DNA of 63,550 bases, the filler included, from Octopus bimaculoides (taxonomy: Eukaryota): assembly GCF_001194135.2 (NCBI RefSeq). It is 6 parts of 6 records of this genome, joined end to end, with 100 filler letters (N's around TTAATTAATTAA, not from the genome) between each part and the next. Parts side by side here need not be neighbours in the genome. Positions count along the whole stretch, not along the records: positions 1 to 30,460 come from NC_068987.1; positions 30,561 to 43,305 come from NC_069007.1; 4 more parts are not named here. One strand, written 5' to 3'. This document shows, one piece after another, positions 27,246-39,858 of the stretch. The position numbers and the translations under genes were made by a program. Each line of letters opens with the position of its first letter. Position 1 is the first letter of the stretch. The notes beneath the pieces are model-generated. The model was not told the DNA's origin, ran no database searches, and was given only the letters and a program-made list of their open reading frames with translations.

Positions 27246-27895
27246 TATATATATGCAGAAAGAGGTTAGATAATATTATATGTAATGATACCAGTGGTAC
27301 CTGTCCTAGATATAGAAACAAAGAATGGAATAGGATACAAAGAATTTGTGACAAAGCCAACAAGGCGAATACGTGGTATAAAACCGACAGATATCAAGGA
27401 GTGATGTTTGTAGAGGTCACAGCCCATGGAGAACTAGCGCGTAGGTTTAGAAAAGCTCTGAAGGAGTCCAAACTCAACATTAAGATTGTTGAAAAGCCAG
27501 GGAACTCCATCAGATCACAACTATGTAGGACGTACCCCTTTGAGAATATCATATGTACCAATGATAACTGCATGGTATGTAGGATTATCCCTAGCATTAA
27601 CTGCAGAAATAGAAATGTAGTTTACAGCATAAAATGCATGGAAGGTGCTTGTAAAGACCTGAATATGACATACATAGGGGAAACATCTAGGAGCATTGTG
27701 GAACGACTAAACGAACATATGAGACAATATGACGACAAAAAACAGTCCTCCATACTCTACCAACATGCCAAAGACCAGCATGGAGGCAACTTGGGTCAAC
27801 TTGACATCCCAAAAGACCCAACTCTAAGACAAATACGGGAGTACGCCCTTATAAATGAAACTTCCCCAATACTAAATAGGAAATATACATAGATA
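27246..27895 (+). mobile_element. Penelope-like (Neptune-type) element fragment, Cys-rich linker plus GIY-YIG endonuclease
   Basis: ORF 27215-27892 has VMFVEVT..GEL, IKIVEKPG, C..DNC.VC...C...NVVYSIKC...TYIGETSRS...RLNEH, ending ...SPILNRK. Confidence 0.85.
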
Positions 27896-28169
27896 TCATA
27901 CCCCCATACCCACATTTTACACAGGTAAAGTAGAACAGTTAATGGGCTTTTATGCAGATAGATGTATGTATGTCTGTGTGTGTGGGNNNNNNNNNNCATG
28001 TATGTATATGTAAACCAACAGGTCTACATACAGACGGGTAGGTACATAGGGTATACGAACAGACAACCACATACGCAAATAGAGACTGAAACACATGACC
28101 ACATACACACACACACACACTTGTCCACATATATGGAGATGTGCACCCATACATACAAACATGATACAT

Positions 28170-28690
28170 AGCAGTGTTACAGGGATGCGTTACCTGTCCG
28201 CGATAAATTGTCCAGGCACAGAATATCAGTGCCAACAGCATGCCCAAGATGGGGGAAGGACAAGGAAACTGTCCTGCACGCTCTTGTACAGTACCCGGAG
28301 CTTTCAGGCTTGATAATTTACGTAGAACACATGTTGTCGCACCTGGGAAGAGTACAGCTATCAGCTGAGTCTGTGATAAAGATTGTACCGCCAACCGGAC
28401 TATCAAAGGAAGTTGAGGCATGTTTTCTGTGTACGGCTGCAGTAATGAACGAGTGTGCATGGAGAACTAGAATGCAAGGAATCGTGACAGGATCCTTCAT
28501 CTCCAGCCCTGGTCTGCTATTCTTCTTCAGGTATCATCTGAAGAGCAAGATAGGGCTGGAGAGGAGACACCTGTCGCGAAGTATATATGAAAAAAGATGG
28601 AAGTATGTCATGAGGAAGCTGGGAGTGACTGTCCCTACTTAATTCCACGCATGGTAGAAGCAAGGTGTAGTCTCTGGCCTTCCGGCCATA
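28170..28690 (+). mobile_element. Tx1/L1-clade ORF2 C-terminal fragment (decayed zinc-finger region)
   Basis: ORF 28208-28642 has CPRWGKDKETVLHALVQ.P and ...LFFFRYHLKSKI..ER...YEKRW. Confidence 0.7.
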
Positions 28691-28864
28691 TTTTGTGAAA
28701 ATAAGTTAGTGAAAATTTGTAATTTATATATATATATATATATATATAATTCATCAAATTTTTAAATATAAACTCACTTAGCACATTTATATGTTTGTAA
28801 CGTCCTGTATTGTCCTTCTTTGTAATAGATATTTATTATCATAATAAAGAAAAACGATGGTTGT

Positions 28865-28909
28865 CACACGCTGATGACGGGTCAATATTCAGAAACTCGG
28901 TTCCGTGTG
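28865..28909 (+). ncRNA. Decayed canonical hammerhead ribozyme motif downstream of the Neptune-type endonuclease
   Basis: cacacg-CTGATGA-cggg-tcaata-ttca-GAAAC-tcg-GTtC-cgtgtg. Stem I is a perfect 6 bp. Stem II closing pair is C.A (plausible CpG decay) and there is one extra T at the cleavage site. Confidence 0.5.
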
Positions 28910-29670
28910 TATCACCTCAGGCTGGAGATGGGAACGATGACTTCCCTTTGCAAATGCTGATAGGGCACAGACAGTGTCAAATAGCCAGCTGGAGATGTCT
29001 TCCTGGGACAAAAAGCTACAATAGCATCGACCCTTAAGAGTTAGCCACATTTAGGTGGCAAATATACTTCACGATATATATACATATATATATATATATA
29101 NNNNNNNNNNNNNNNNNNNNNNNNNNNNNNNNNNNNNNNNNNNNNNNNNNNNNNNNNNNNNNNNNNNNNNNNNNNNNNNNNNNNNNNNNNNNNNNNNNNN
29201 NNNNNNNNNNNNNNNNNNNNNNNNNNNNNNNNNNNNNNNNNNNNNNNNNNNNNNNNNNNNNNNNNNNNNNNNNNNNNNNNNNNNNNNNNNNNNNNNNNNN
29301 NNNNNNNNNNNNNNNNNNNNNNNNNNNNNNNNNNNNNNNNNNNNNNNNNNNNNNNNNNNNNNNNNNNNNNNNNNNNNNNNNNNNNNNNNNNNNNNNNNNN
29401 NNNNNNNNNNNNNNNNNNNNNNNNNNNNNNNNNNNNNNNNNNNNNNNNNNNNNNNNNNNNNNNNNNNNNNNNNNNNNNNNNNNNNNNNNNNNNNNNNNNN
29501 NNNNNNNNNNNNNNNNNNNNNNNNNNNNNNNNNNNNNNNNNNNNNNNNNNNNNNNNNNNNNNNNNNNNNNNNNNNNNNNNNNNNNNNNNNNNNNNNNNNN
29601 NNNNNNNNNNNNNNNNNNNNNNNNNNNNNNNNNNNNNNNNNNNNNNNNNNNNNNNNNNNNNNNNNNNNNT

Positions 29671-29713
<43 letters not shown>

Positions 29714-30505
29714 GTACATGCGCGTGCGCACACGTAAATGTACACAATATTTTAAATGGTGACCGTTTACCCGTGGAGGCAAAAGTATACTTCCAAAGTT
29801 ACTCGTCATATAACTGATAACATTCAAGTATTCTCAGCATTCTTCATACAAAAACATTAATAACAAGATACATATATTTGATGCACATCCTTGCATCAAG
29901 ACATTTCGGGTTATATTTGTTTATCGGAGATTTTGGGGTTAACAAATTAAGTTCACTTCCTCTTCCTCTTTATTTCCTTTGTCTTTCATTCGATTGACTT
30001 CTCTGTTAAACCCCCAATGCTGGAGAAATGTTCGCAGAACTCGGCAAATGAGATGAGTTGTGTCTCTTTTCATGTTTAGACATTACAGATTATTTCGAGT
30101 GTCAAAGTTCAAGTTTTCATTAAGTATGACCACGGCTTTTAAATTCATGTTGATCCTCGTGATGATGATGATGATGATGATGATGCTGATGATGATGTCG
30201 ATGATGATGATGATGGTATGGTGGTGTTATTGATCATGTTGCTGTTGTCGATGATGATGATGATGATGATGGTGGTGAAGGTGTGGGTGTGTTATTGGTC
30301 GTCGTCGTCGTCGTCTGATGATGGTATTAATGATGTTGATGATGAACAGGATAATGTTGATGGTGGTGGTGGTCGTCGTCGTCGTCCGTGTGTTGTTGGA
30401 CATCGTCTTAGTCGTATGAGAAATAGGTGGAAGAGATTCAAGGAGAAGTGCAAGGGGAGGNNNNNNNNNNNNNNNNNNNNNNNNNNNNNNNNNNNNNNNN
30501 NNNNT

Positions 30506-30517
30506 TAATTAATTAAN
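30506..30517. other. Assembly linker TTAATTAATTAA inside N-gaps (also 43350-43361, 53411-53422, 59365-59376, 62470-62481)
   Basis: Identical 12-mer centred in ~100-bp N blocks five times, with stops in all six frames. Confidence 0.9.
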
Positions 30518-30560
30518 NNNNNNNNNNNNNNNNNNNNNNNNNNNNNNNNNNNNNNNNNNN

Positions 30561-30795
30561 GCCATAATAATAATAATGATAATCTTTTCTACTATAGGCA
30601 CAAGGCCTAAATTTGGGGGAAGGGGATGAGTCAATTACATCGACCCCAGTGCGTAACTGGTAATTGATTGACCCCGAAAGGATGAAAGGCAAAGTCCACC
30701 CCGGTGGCATTAGAACTCAGACCGCGAAGACAGACGAAATACCGCAAAGCGTTTCGCCCGGTGTGCTAATGATTCTGCCAGCACGCCACCTAACA
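30561..30795 (-). mobile_element. SINE family B copy. Other B copies or fragments at ~1875-2060 (+), 11905-12088 (-), 18828-18867 (-), 24480-24690 (+), 31610-31815 (-), 44880-44965 (+) and 53527-53560 (-)
   Basis: Shared head and central gtcgataaa/gtaccag/ctggggtcgat block. Confidence 0.8.
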
Positions 30796-30829
30796 ACAAC
30801 AACAACAACAACAGCAGCAGCAGCAGGCA

Positions 30830-31372
30830 GTGGCTCTCTTGGCTTTTGATCTTTACTGATTGGAAGTGTTATCATGTACATGTTTTGTCTAAGTATAAAA
30901 GAGGGCCTACAGCAAATATTCTGCTCAGTATCACAGATTTGCTTATCAGTTGTTTGACCTTATCCAGTTACGTATGTCCCTTAGTGGCTGACAATATGAG
31001 CATCTCTGATCATGAGCAGAAGTAGTGGGGGAACATCATAGCCATGTGTTGAGAGGGATTCTTTGGGGTTTGAATAATTCGCCTCTGGAAACATGAGTGT
31101 TTTGTTCATTATCTTTAAAACAAACCTTATTCAGAGACCTTTTGAGTGAGATGGGCTACTCAACCTGAAGAAAATTCTAACTGGGCCCCACCTGCAAGGT
31201 CATGCGCTGTTTATCTTGATATAAGGTCACCTTGTCACGCACATGTAGTTGTGATGCATGTGCCTGTTGTACCCTTATCAGACGGGTAGTCATGATGGGT
31301 ATACTGGGCTTCGTATATTTGTACCCCAGTGTCACTTTGATGGCATGCACAGCTCTCTCACTCAATAATAAT
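30830..31372 (-). repeat. Probable interspersed repeat next to (AAT)n
   Basis: Single copy here. It resembles an abundant octopus repeat from memory only, and abuts (aat)n at 31365. Confidence 0.35.
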
Positions 31373-31824
31373 AATAATAATATATACAATAATAATAAAT
31401 ATTAACCACAAAAGTTTACATTAAGAAAAACATTATGGACAGCACAGGACAAAACAAATAATAATAATAATAATAATGATACACAAATACATTCATATAT
31501 TTACATATGTACACCACATGTTGCAACACAACAACATAAATAAGTAGACAACTGCACACCACACATAAATACAATCACATTCAGATCTAAAATTCATTAT
31601 GTATCGGTTTCAAATTTCGGCACAAGGCCGGCAAGTACAGGGGGGTTAAGTCGATTACATCGAAATCAGGGTTCAAGGGGTACTTATTTTATCGACTGCG
31701 AAAGGATGACAGGCAAAGTCGACCTCGGCGGAATTTGAACCCAGAATGTAAAGACGGACGAAATGCTGCTAAGCATTTCGTCCGGAATGCTAACGACTCT
31801 GCCAGCTCGCCGCCTTCATCACGA

Positions 31825-31884
<60 letters not shown>

Positions 31885-33754
31885 AGAATAGACGAAGCAA
31901 CCATAGCTATTAGTCTTGGCTGTGATTACAAGATAAATGGGAAAACAAATAAGAAAACTTATGAAAAACTAAAAGATTTTACGTAAAAAAAAACACAAAA
32001 CGAAACGAAACGAAGTAATTGCTTTTAGACGAGACTACAAGAATCCTGTGTCTGACACTTCATAAACACACATCCTTTATCCGATACATCAACACACACA
32101 CACACACACATACATACATACACACGCTACATAATTAGACAAGATGTTACAGAGGTACGAACGTCTAGGAAGACTCCCTGCCCTCAATTCCTCTCCAACC
32201 CTCTTTTCTTTTTTTCCTCTGCCAATGATATCGGTGGGGGTCGTTCGAGAGTAGAATATCANNNNNNNNNNNNNNNNNNNNNNNNNNNNNNNNNNNNNNN
32301 NNNNNNNNNNNNNNNNNNNNNNNNNNNNNNNNNNNNNNNNNNNNNNNNNNNNNNNNNNNNNNNNNNNNNNNNNNNNNNNNNNNNNNNNNNNNNNNNNNNN
32401 NNNNNNNNNNNNNNNNNNNNNNNNNNNNNNNNNNNNNNNNNNNNNNNNNNNNNNNNNNNNNNNNNNNNNNNNNNNNNNNNNNNNNNNNNNNNNNNNNNNN
32501 NNNNNNNNNNNNNNNNNNNNNNNNNNNNNNNNNNNNNNNNNNNNNNNNNNNNNNNNNNNNNNNNNNNNNNNNNNNNNNNNNNNNNNNNNNNNNNNNNNNN
32601 NNNNNNNNNNNNNNNNNNNNNNNNNNNNNNNNNNNNNNNNNNNNNNNNNNNNNNNNNNNNNNNNNNNNNNNNNNNNNNNNNNNNNNNNNNNNNNNNNNNN
32701 NNNNNNNNNNNNNNNNNNNNNNNNNNNNNNNNNNNNNNNNNNNNNNNNNNNNNNNNNNNNNNNNNNNNNNNNNNNNNNNNNNNNNNNNNNNNNNNNNNNN
32801 NNNNNNNNNNNNNNNNNNNNNNNNNNNNNNNNNNNNNNNNNNNNNNNNNNNNNNNNNNNNNNNNNNNNNNNNNNNNNNNNNNNNNNNNNNNNNNNNNNNN
32901 NNNNNNNNNNNNNNNNNNNNNNNNNNNNNNNNNNNNNNNNNNNNNNNNNNNNNNNNNNNNNNNNNNNNNNNNNNNNNNNNNNNNNNNNNNNNNNNNNNNN
33001 NNNNNNNNNNNNNNNNNNNNNNNNNNNNNNNNNNNNNNNNNNNNNNNNNNNNNNNNNNNNNNNATATATATATATATATATACACGTTTTAAATATACTC
33101 ACACACACAAACATACACGTGTGTACAATAGGTGCAGGCATGACTATGATAGGCATCGGTATGCCTGTGTGGTAAGAAGTTTTCTTCCCAACCACATTGT
33201 TTTAGGTTCAGCTCCACTGCATGGCACTTTGGGCAAGTGCCTTCTACTATAGCATTGTACCAGTCAAAGCTTTGTGAGTGGATTTGGTAGAGAGAAACCA
33301 AAAGGAATCAGTTGTGTGTGTGTTACTGTTGACTTCACGTAATAGTTGTGAATGACTGTCATCATAATGCAAACAATGTCCTTTGTTTCTAATCTTCCAT
33401 GGAGGCATGTTTGGCCTTGGAGAAATATTACCGGATCTTTGGGGTTTGACGGGCAACATTTGTTTTCTTAATGAAACACTTTCAAACTTGGGACACTGGT
33501 AGAATGTGTCAGAAAGATTCGTGTCTTGATCAAGAACACAACACACAGCCTGGGCCGGGAACCGAATTCATTACCACATGATTGTGAGCCCGACACTCAA
33601 ACCACTAAGCCATGCGCCTTCAGACACGCACACACACACCTGTAATGTACACATATACATACACACACACACATATAAATACATCCATACATATACACTT
33701 ACAACCACACACACACATATACAGACGTACACATATACACGCACGCACATACAT

Positions 33755-33825
<71 letters not shown>

Positions 33826-34439
33826 NNNNNNNNNNNNNNNNNNNNNNNNNNNNNNNNNNNNNNNNNNNNNNNNNNNNNNNNNNNNNNNNNNNNNNNNNNN
33901 NNNNNNNNNNNNNNNNNNNNNNNNNNNNNNNNNNNNNNNNNNNNNNNNNNNNNNNNNNNNNNNNNNNNNNNNNNNNNNNNNNNNNNNNNNNNNNNNNNNN
34001 NNNNNNNNNNNNNNNNNNNNNNNNNNNNNNNNNNNNNNNNNNNNNNNNNNNNNNNNNNNNNNNNNNNNNNNNNNNNNNNNNNNNNNNNNNNNNNNNNNNN
34101 NNNNNNNNNNNNNNNNNNNNNNNNNNNNNNNNNNNNNNNNNNNNNNNNNNNNNNNNNNNNNNNNNNNNNNNNNNNNNNNNNNNNNNNNNNNNNNNNNNNN
34201 NNNNNNNNNNNNNNNNNNNNNNNNNNNNNNNNNNNNNNNNNNNNNNNNNNNNNNNNNNNNNNNNNNNNNNNNNNNNNNNNNNNNNNNNNNNNNNNNNNNN
34301 NNNNNNNNNNNNNNNNNNNNNNNNNNNNNNNNNCCTTTTGTTGTTTACACCACCTGTCCTCGTCTGTTGTTGTTTTTTTCGTACATTCTCCCATATATAT
34401 ATATATATATATATATATAACGGGCTTCTTTCAATTTCC

Positions 34440-34664
34440 TATTTCTTTACTGCTCACAAGGGGCTACACACAGAGGGGACAAACAAATGGATTAAAACAA
34501 TTATATCGACCCCAGTGCGTAACTGGTGCTTAATTTATCGACCCCCAAAAGGAAGAAAGGCAAAGTTGACCTCGGCGGAATTTGAACTCAGAACGTAACG
34601 GCAGACGAAATACCGCTAAGCATTTCGCCCGGCGTGCTAACGATTTTGCCAGCTCGCCGCCTTC
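34440..34664 (-). mobile_element. SINE family B inserted into a family D SINE, 16-bp TSD
   Basis: TSD gcttctttcaatttcc at 34424-34439 and 34665-34680. Removing the insert restores a D-family 5' half. Confidence 0.85.
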
Positions 34665-35746
34665 GCTTCTTTCAATTTCCGTCTACCAAATCCACTCAAG
34701 GCTTTGGTCAGTCCGAGGCTATAGTAGAAGAGACTTGCCCAAGCTGCCACGCAAGCAAGCTTCTTACCAAACATCCACACATTCGTCTATATACACAAAC
34801 ATATATATACAAATATTACACGACAACATATATTACACAGCGCCCCAATACTACATAAAACAGAACAATACAACATAAGACATTACGGAAATAAACCACG
34901 AAAGACTTAAATACTTCATTGTAAAACACGAACAAAGTCTACATTATAGAATACAAAACATGTCAAATTCCATAAACATTACACAGAACAACAAAAGCAC
35001 CGACGACTACAACATCAACCTGACAGGTTTCTTACCTCCACGTGGTGCCGCAGGAGTAGACTCAACTCCTATGAACGAAACAATTCAGATAATCAGTGTC
35101 TAATTATTGAATTATTGATTAAGATTCGATAAAGGAGAAAGAAAGACAAACAGACAGACAGATAGACTGCCATTGTGGCTTGAAGAGAGAGAAATAGTGG
35201 AACCAGTAATAGAGAGAGAGAGAACAAAAAGCAACGCTAACGATACATTACAATATTCTACAACGAGACCGAGCTAGGAGGGCCTCCATAGGGTTGCACA
35301 ATGTACTAGATATAGCAGCAAAATCTCATTCATAGCACGCTACTCGTTTTGAAATAAAATAAAAAGGAAGGACGCATAGTTTCCGTCTACTACTGATATT
35401 ATTTTGTGCTTTTTAGCACTATATGTTTATACGAGATTCTTTCTCGAGAGGAAACTGCAGTTTTGTGGCTTTCTTTCATTACATCCACTCTAAGTTATAC
35501 AGAATACTCATGTCAATAGTGTGTGTGTGTGTTTGCGCGCATAAATACATAGTTGTGTGGTTAAGAAACTAGTTTTGGAACCATGTTTTGGGTCCAGTCC
35601 CTCTGCGCGGTACTTTGAGTAAATATTTTCAACTATAACCACCGGCCAACCAATGCCATGTGAGAGAATTTGGTTGACGGAAACTGTAAGTCCATCGTAT
35701 ATATAAGTGTGTGTCTATGGTGCGAAGCTTGCTTTCCAAATAGATG

Positions 35747-35780
<34 letters not shown>

Positions 35781-36626
35781 ATATATATATATGTATATAT
35801 ATAAATAAAATAAAACGAAGAACACAAAAAAAAAAAACAACAACGCGAGCACGTTGTACATGTAAAGTATTAGCAAATGCTCAGGGAAGGAAAAAGAGTG
35901 GTCTAACGTTTCGAGCAAAGCTCTTCTTCAGAAACAGAGGAAAGTCCAATAGAAAAGGAAGACGGAGGAAAAACAATTCGCCAACAATTCACATGTGGTT
36001 GCGGGAAACGTTTTGAATATGCAAGCATTAATCAAAAGGGATAAACGACCCTCTGTTAAACATCCATTTATGTTATATTGCTCGAAGAAATGAACCCATG
36101 AAAATGATCTACTCGATACCCACGGATACTATAGACTATACTGTAATCATCCCAAGAGCCATGTGATTTGTGGAAATGCNNNNNNNNNNTATATATATAT
36201 ATATATGGGAGGGGGTCTGAGTAACGTGGGACATAGGAATGGAAAACTTCATATTACTCAGAATATGTATTTAAAAAAACAAAAACAAAGGCTAATCAGA
36301 CATCTGAAAACAAGCCTGGTCGTTTAAGAAAACTGATAAAAATGCTTTTGAGAGGCTAAGGGTTAAACAAAGCACTTCATTCCATGTTGCACCAGTCTGC
36401 TCAGCGGTAAGTACCACCTTAGTGCCGATGCATCCATTCGTCACTCTTTCTCTCTTCCAGCTGTTAAATCCTTAGTGTTCTGCTGAGTCAAAAGGTAGGA
36501 TGGCAAAGAAGGTGTACGCGTCGGTTGGCGACTACACAGACTCCTAAAACAATTAGAGAAAACATGGTACAATCTACAAACCGGGTCACACATACTTGGG
36601 AGTAACAGTTAAGCCTTTTGTTGTTG

Positions 36627-36683
<57 letters not shown>

Positions 36684-36684
<1 letters not shown>

Positions 36685-37479
36685 GGGGACGAACTGGCAG
36701 AATCGTTAGCACGCCGAGCGGTCATTTGGTCTTCATGTTCTGAGTTCACATTTCACCGAGGTTGACTTAGCCTTTCTTCATTTTGGAGTCGATAAACTAA
36801 GTACCAGTTGAGCATTGGGGTCAATGTAAACGACTAGTCTCTTCCTAGAAAATTTCAGGCCTTATTCCTATAATAGAAAGGACTATTAGGCGATCTTTCG
36901 GTATGATTACCTAAATATCGGCCTTTTCCGTAAAAAGTGTCTTCGGCGATCTTTACCAAAGATCGCCCTTTTCCGNNNNNNNNNNGAAACGATGTCAAAA
37001 CAGCGAAAGACAAACAGAGAGCGCGATTTATTTTGAAGGGTTTACGGTTAGGGTTTGGGTTTTAGGGTTTGCGTTAGGGAATTCCGTCCCTAACCGTAAC
37101 CGTAACCCTAAACACTAACCCTAACCCTGACACTAAAACCCAAACCCTGACACTAAAACCCTAACCCTAACACCGTAGTGAAGATCGTGCGGGTGTTACG
37201 GAAAAGATCGCCGAAGACACTTTTTACGGAAAAGGCCGATATTTAGGTAATCGTACCGAAAGATCGCCGACTATTATTATTATTATAGGTGGTGAGCTGG
37301 CTGAATGGTTACGGTACCGGGCGCAATGCTTAGCGGCATTTCGTCCGTTGCTGCGTTGTGAGGTCGACTTTGCCTGTCATCCGTTCGAGGTCGATAAATT
37401 AAGTACCGGTGAAACACTGGGGTCGATGTAATCAACTAGTCCCCACCCCACAAATTTGAGGCCTTGTGCTTCCAGTAGA

Positions 37480-37518
<39 letters not shown>

Positions 37519-37713
37519 GGCGGTGAGCTGGCAGAATGGTTACCTTGGCGGCATTCCATTTGTCTTGAAGATATGAGTTCAAATTTCTCCGAGGTCAACT
37601 TTGTCTCTCATCATTTCAAGGTCGATAAAATAAGTACAAGTCGAGCCCTGGGGTCGTCGTAATCGACAGGTACCCTGCCCCGAAACTGCAGGCCTTGTAC
37701 CAATAGTAGAAAG
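36684..37713 (+). mobile_element. Three head-to-tail copies of tRNA-SINE family B (36684-36880, 37288-37482, 37519-37713) separated by (ATT)n
   Basis: Each starts gg(c/t)ggtgagctggc.gaat, contains gaggtc(g/a)acttt...gtcgataaa.taagtac, and ends ggcctt...agtagaaag followed by (att)n. Confidence 0.85.
36889..37268. mobile_element. MITE with 66-bp TIRs, 8-bp TSD and internal inverted telomere-like repeats (Merlin- or hAT-type TSD length)
   Basis: TIRs 36889-36954 and 37203-37268 differ by 1 mismatch, begin GG, and contain a repeated ggcgatcttt motif. TSD gactatta at 36881-36888 and 37269-37276. Confidence 0.9.
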
Positions 37714-38126
37714 CATTATTATTATTATTATTTTCTTAGGATGGGATTGGATTAACATTTGACTGCTATATTTAACACATCTAGCGACCACATAGACATA
37801 AACGTTTGTAGTCTAACTTCCTCTTTGATTCGTGGTGTAATTGGAGGTGTTGGGGAGATAAGTGACTACGTTGCGGTGATGAAATGATGAGGACGAATAG
37901 AGAATTGCTACCATCAGTCACCACCACCACCACCACCCATTTCACTGCAAACGTCATCATTTCCTAGTCCACCCATCCCACCGCATCGTCTCTCTCTCTC
38001 TCTCTTCCTCCTTCTCTCACCCCGTGTGTGTAACTTTAATGTCAGTCAATTTGTTGACCTCCACAACCTCATCTGCTCCGTTTAATGTCGTTGCAGGCAG
38101 CCATTGATACGCGGCGATGTTCTCAT

Positions 38127-38165
<39 letters not shown>

Positions 38166-38932
38166 CACGAGAGAGAGAAGCGTTCACGTTTGTGTGTTTG
38201 TCCTCCCCATCACTCGGCAATCGGTGTCGGTTAGCTTGCTTCCCGTAACTCAGCGGTTCAGCGAGACCCAGAGAGATTATGTACCAGACTAACAAGAAAA
38301 AAAAATNNNNNNNNNNNNNNNNNNNNNNNNNNNNNNNNNNNNNNNNNNNNNNNNNNNNNNNNNNNNNNNNNNNNNNNNNNNNNNNNNNNNNNNNNNNNNN
38401 NNNNNNNNNNNNNNNNNNNNNNNNNNNNNNNNNNNNNNNNNNNNNNNNNNNNNNNNNNNNNNNNNNNNNNNNNNNNNNNNNNNNNNNNNNNNNNNNNNNN
38501 NNNNNNNNNNNNNNNNNNNNNNNNNNNNNNNNNNNNNNNNNNNNNNNNNNNNNNNNNNNNNNNNNNNNNNNNNNNNNNNNNNNNNNNNNNNNNNNNNTTG
38601 TCCCCCCAACATCGCTTGACAACCGATGCTGGTGTGTTTAGGTCCACGTAACTTAGCGGTTCGGCAAAGAGACCGATAGAATAAGTACTAGGCTTACAAA
38701 GAATAAGTCCTGGGGTCGATTTGCTCGACTAAAGGCGGTGCTCCACCATGGCCGCAGTCAAATGACTGAAACAAGTAAAAGAGTAATATACATAAGGATA
38801 AGCATATTAAAAAGGGTCCGTGGGAAAACTCATTTAAATAAAAGGGGCCCTTGTTAGTGAAAAGATTGGGAACAACTGAGCTAAACCCTTCAAGGCAGTG
38901 CTCCAGCACTGCCGCATTCTAATGATTGAAAC

Positions 38933-38964
<32 letters not shown>

Positions 38965-39644
38965 CAAGATAGACAAATGTGTGCTTCTATGTATATAATA
39001 TATGCATACATACATGTATACCCATACACTCACACACAGAATGGAGAGAGTGCGAAAAGGGGTCGTTTATATTCACTCAATAACAGAAGTGACCTTCCGA
39101 GTTCTACAAACAAATTTGATTTAGGGGTGAGGAAGGGACACAATAATAAGAGATGTGTGTGTACGAGTGTGTTATTGAATGAATAGCGGTAGAGAGAGGG
39201 GACGGCGTCCATTCATAATGTACATCAAAGATACCCATCCTTCTCTCATCACACATATACCACATACATATACGTAAAGACGAAAATATACGCACACATC
39301 CTTCGCTCATGGAGCTACTAACAAACATGTTCATCGTCACCATCACCATCTGTTAGCGCCAATGTAGGAGCCAATGCCTTTTCGATCGATGTAGTAGAAA
39401 GAGCAGCTAAATTTCACTCATATCACACCTTAACCGTCCTAGAAAATGTCGCATAATACAACGTGTAGAACCAGCTTCCCTGCACGTTAAGAAAAGTCAA
39501 AATGGCCGCATCTGTCTGTAATGCCAATGATCATACGTCAGCTCGATCAGGGCTAACCTGGGTTTAAACAACAACAACCGCCGCCACCACGACCACCACC
39601 ACCAGGAACCACCTTTTTCTTTCATTTAACGTCTTTTCAAACAG

Positions 39645-39674
39645 CATCAAGTAGCAACTGGAGAGAAATATTTG
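39645..39674 (+). CDS. Candidate 30-nt micro-exon (SSSNWREIF-G in phase 1), possibly an upstream exon of the RhoGAP gene
   Basis: Long pyrimidine tract ctttttctttcatttaacgtcttttcaaacag and a perfect donor G|gtaagt. IFG typically precedes RhoGAP domains. The linking exon was not found. Confidence 0.25.
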
Positions 39675-39821
39675 GTAAGTAGACCGTGAAGTGAGATGAT
39701 GGTGGAAGTAAAAGAGGCGCCGGCGGCGGTGGTGTAGAGTGACAGAAACTTGTTGAAGTGTTTAGCAGTAGGGAAGCGAACTGGAAGTGATGGTGATGAA
39801 AGAAATTCTCCGAAGATTGAG

Positions 39822-39858
<37 letters not shown>

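Noticed and set aside
31290-31372. Possible HDV-like ribozyme at the 5' end of the minus-strand repeat
   Set aside because: P1 and P4 candidates exist, but P2 and P1.1 could not be paired.
37038-37170. Ancient chromosome end-to-end fusion site
   Set aside because: The telomere-like repeats are degenerate and enclosed by TIRs and a TSD, so they belong to a transposon.
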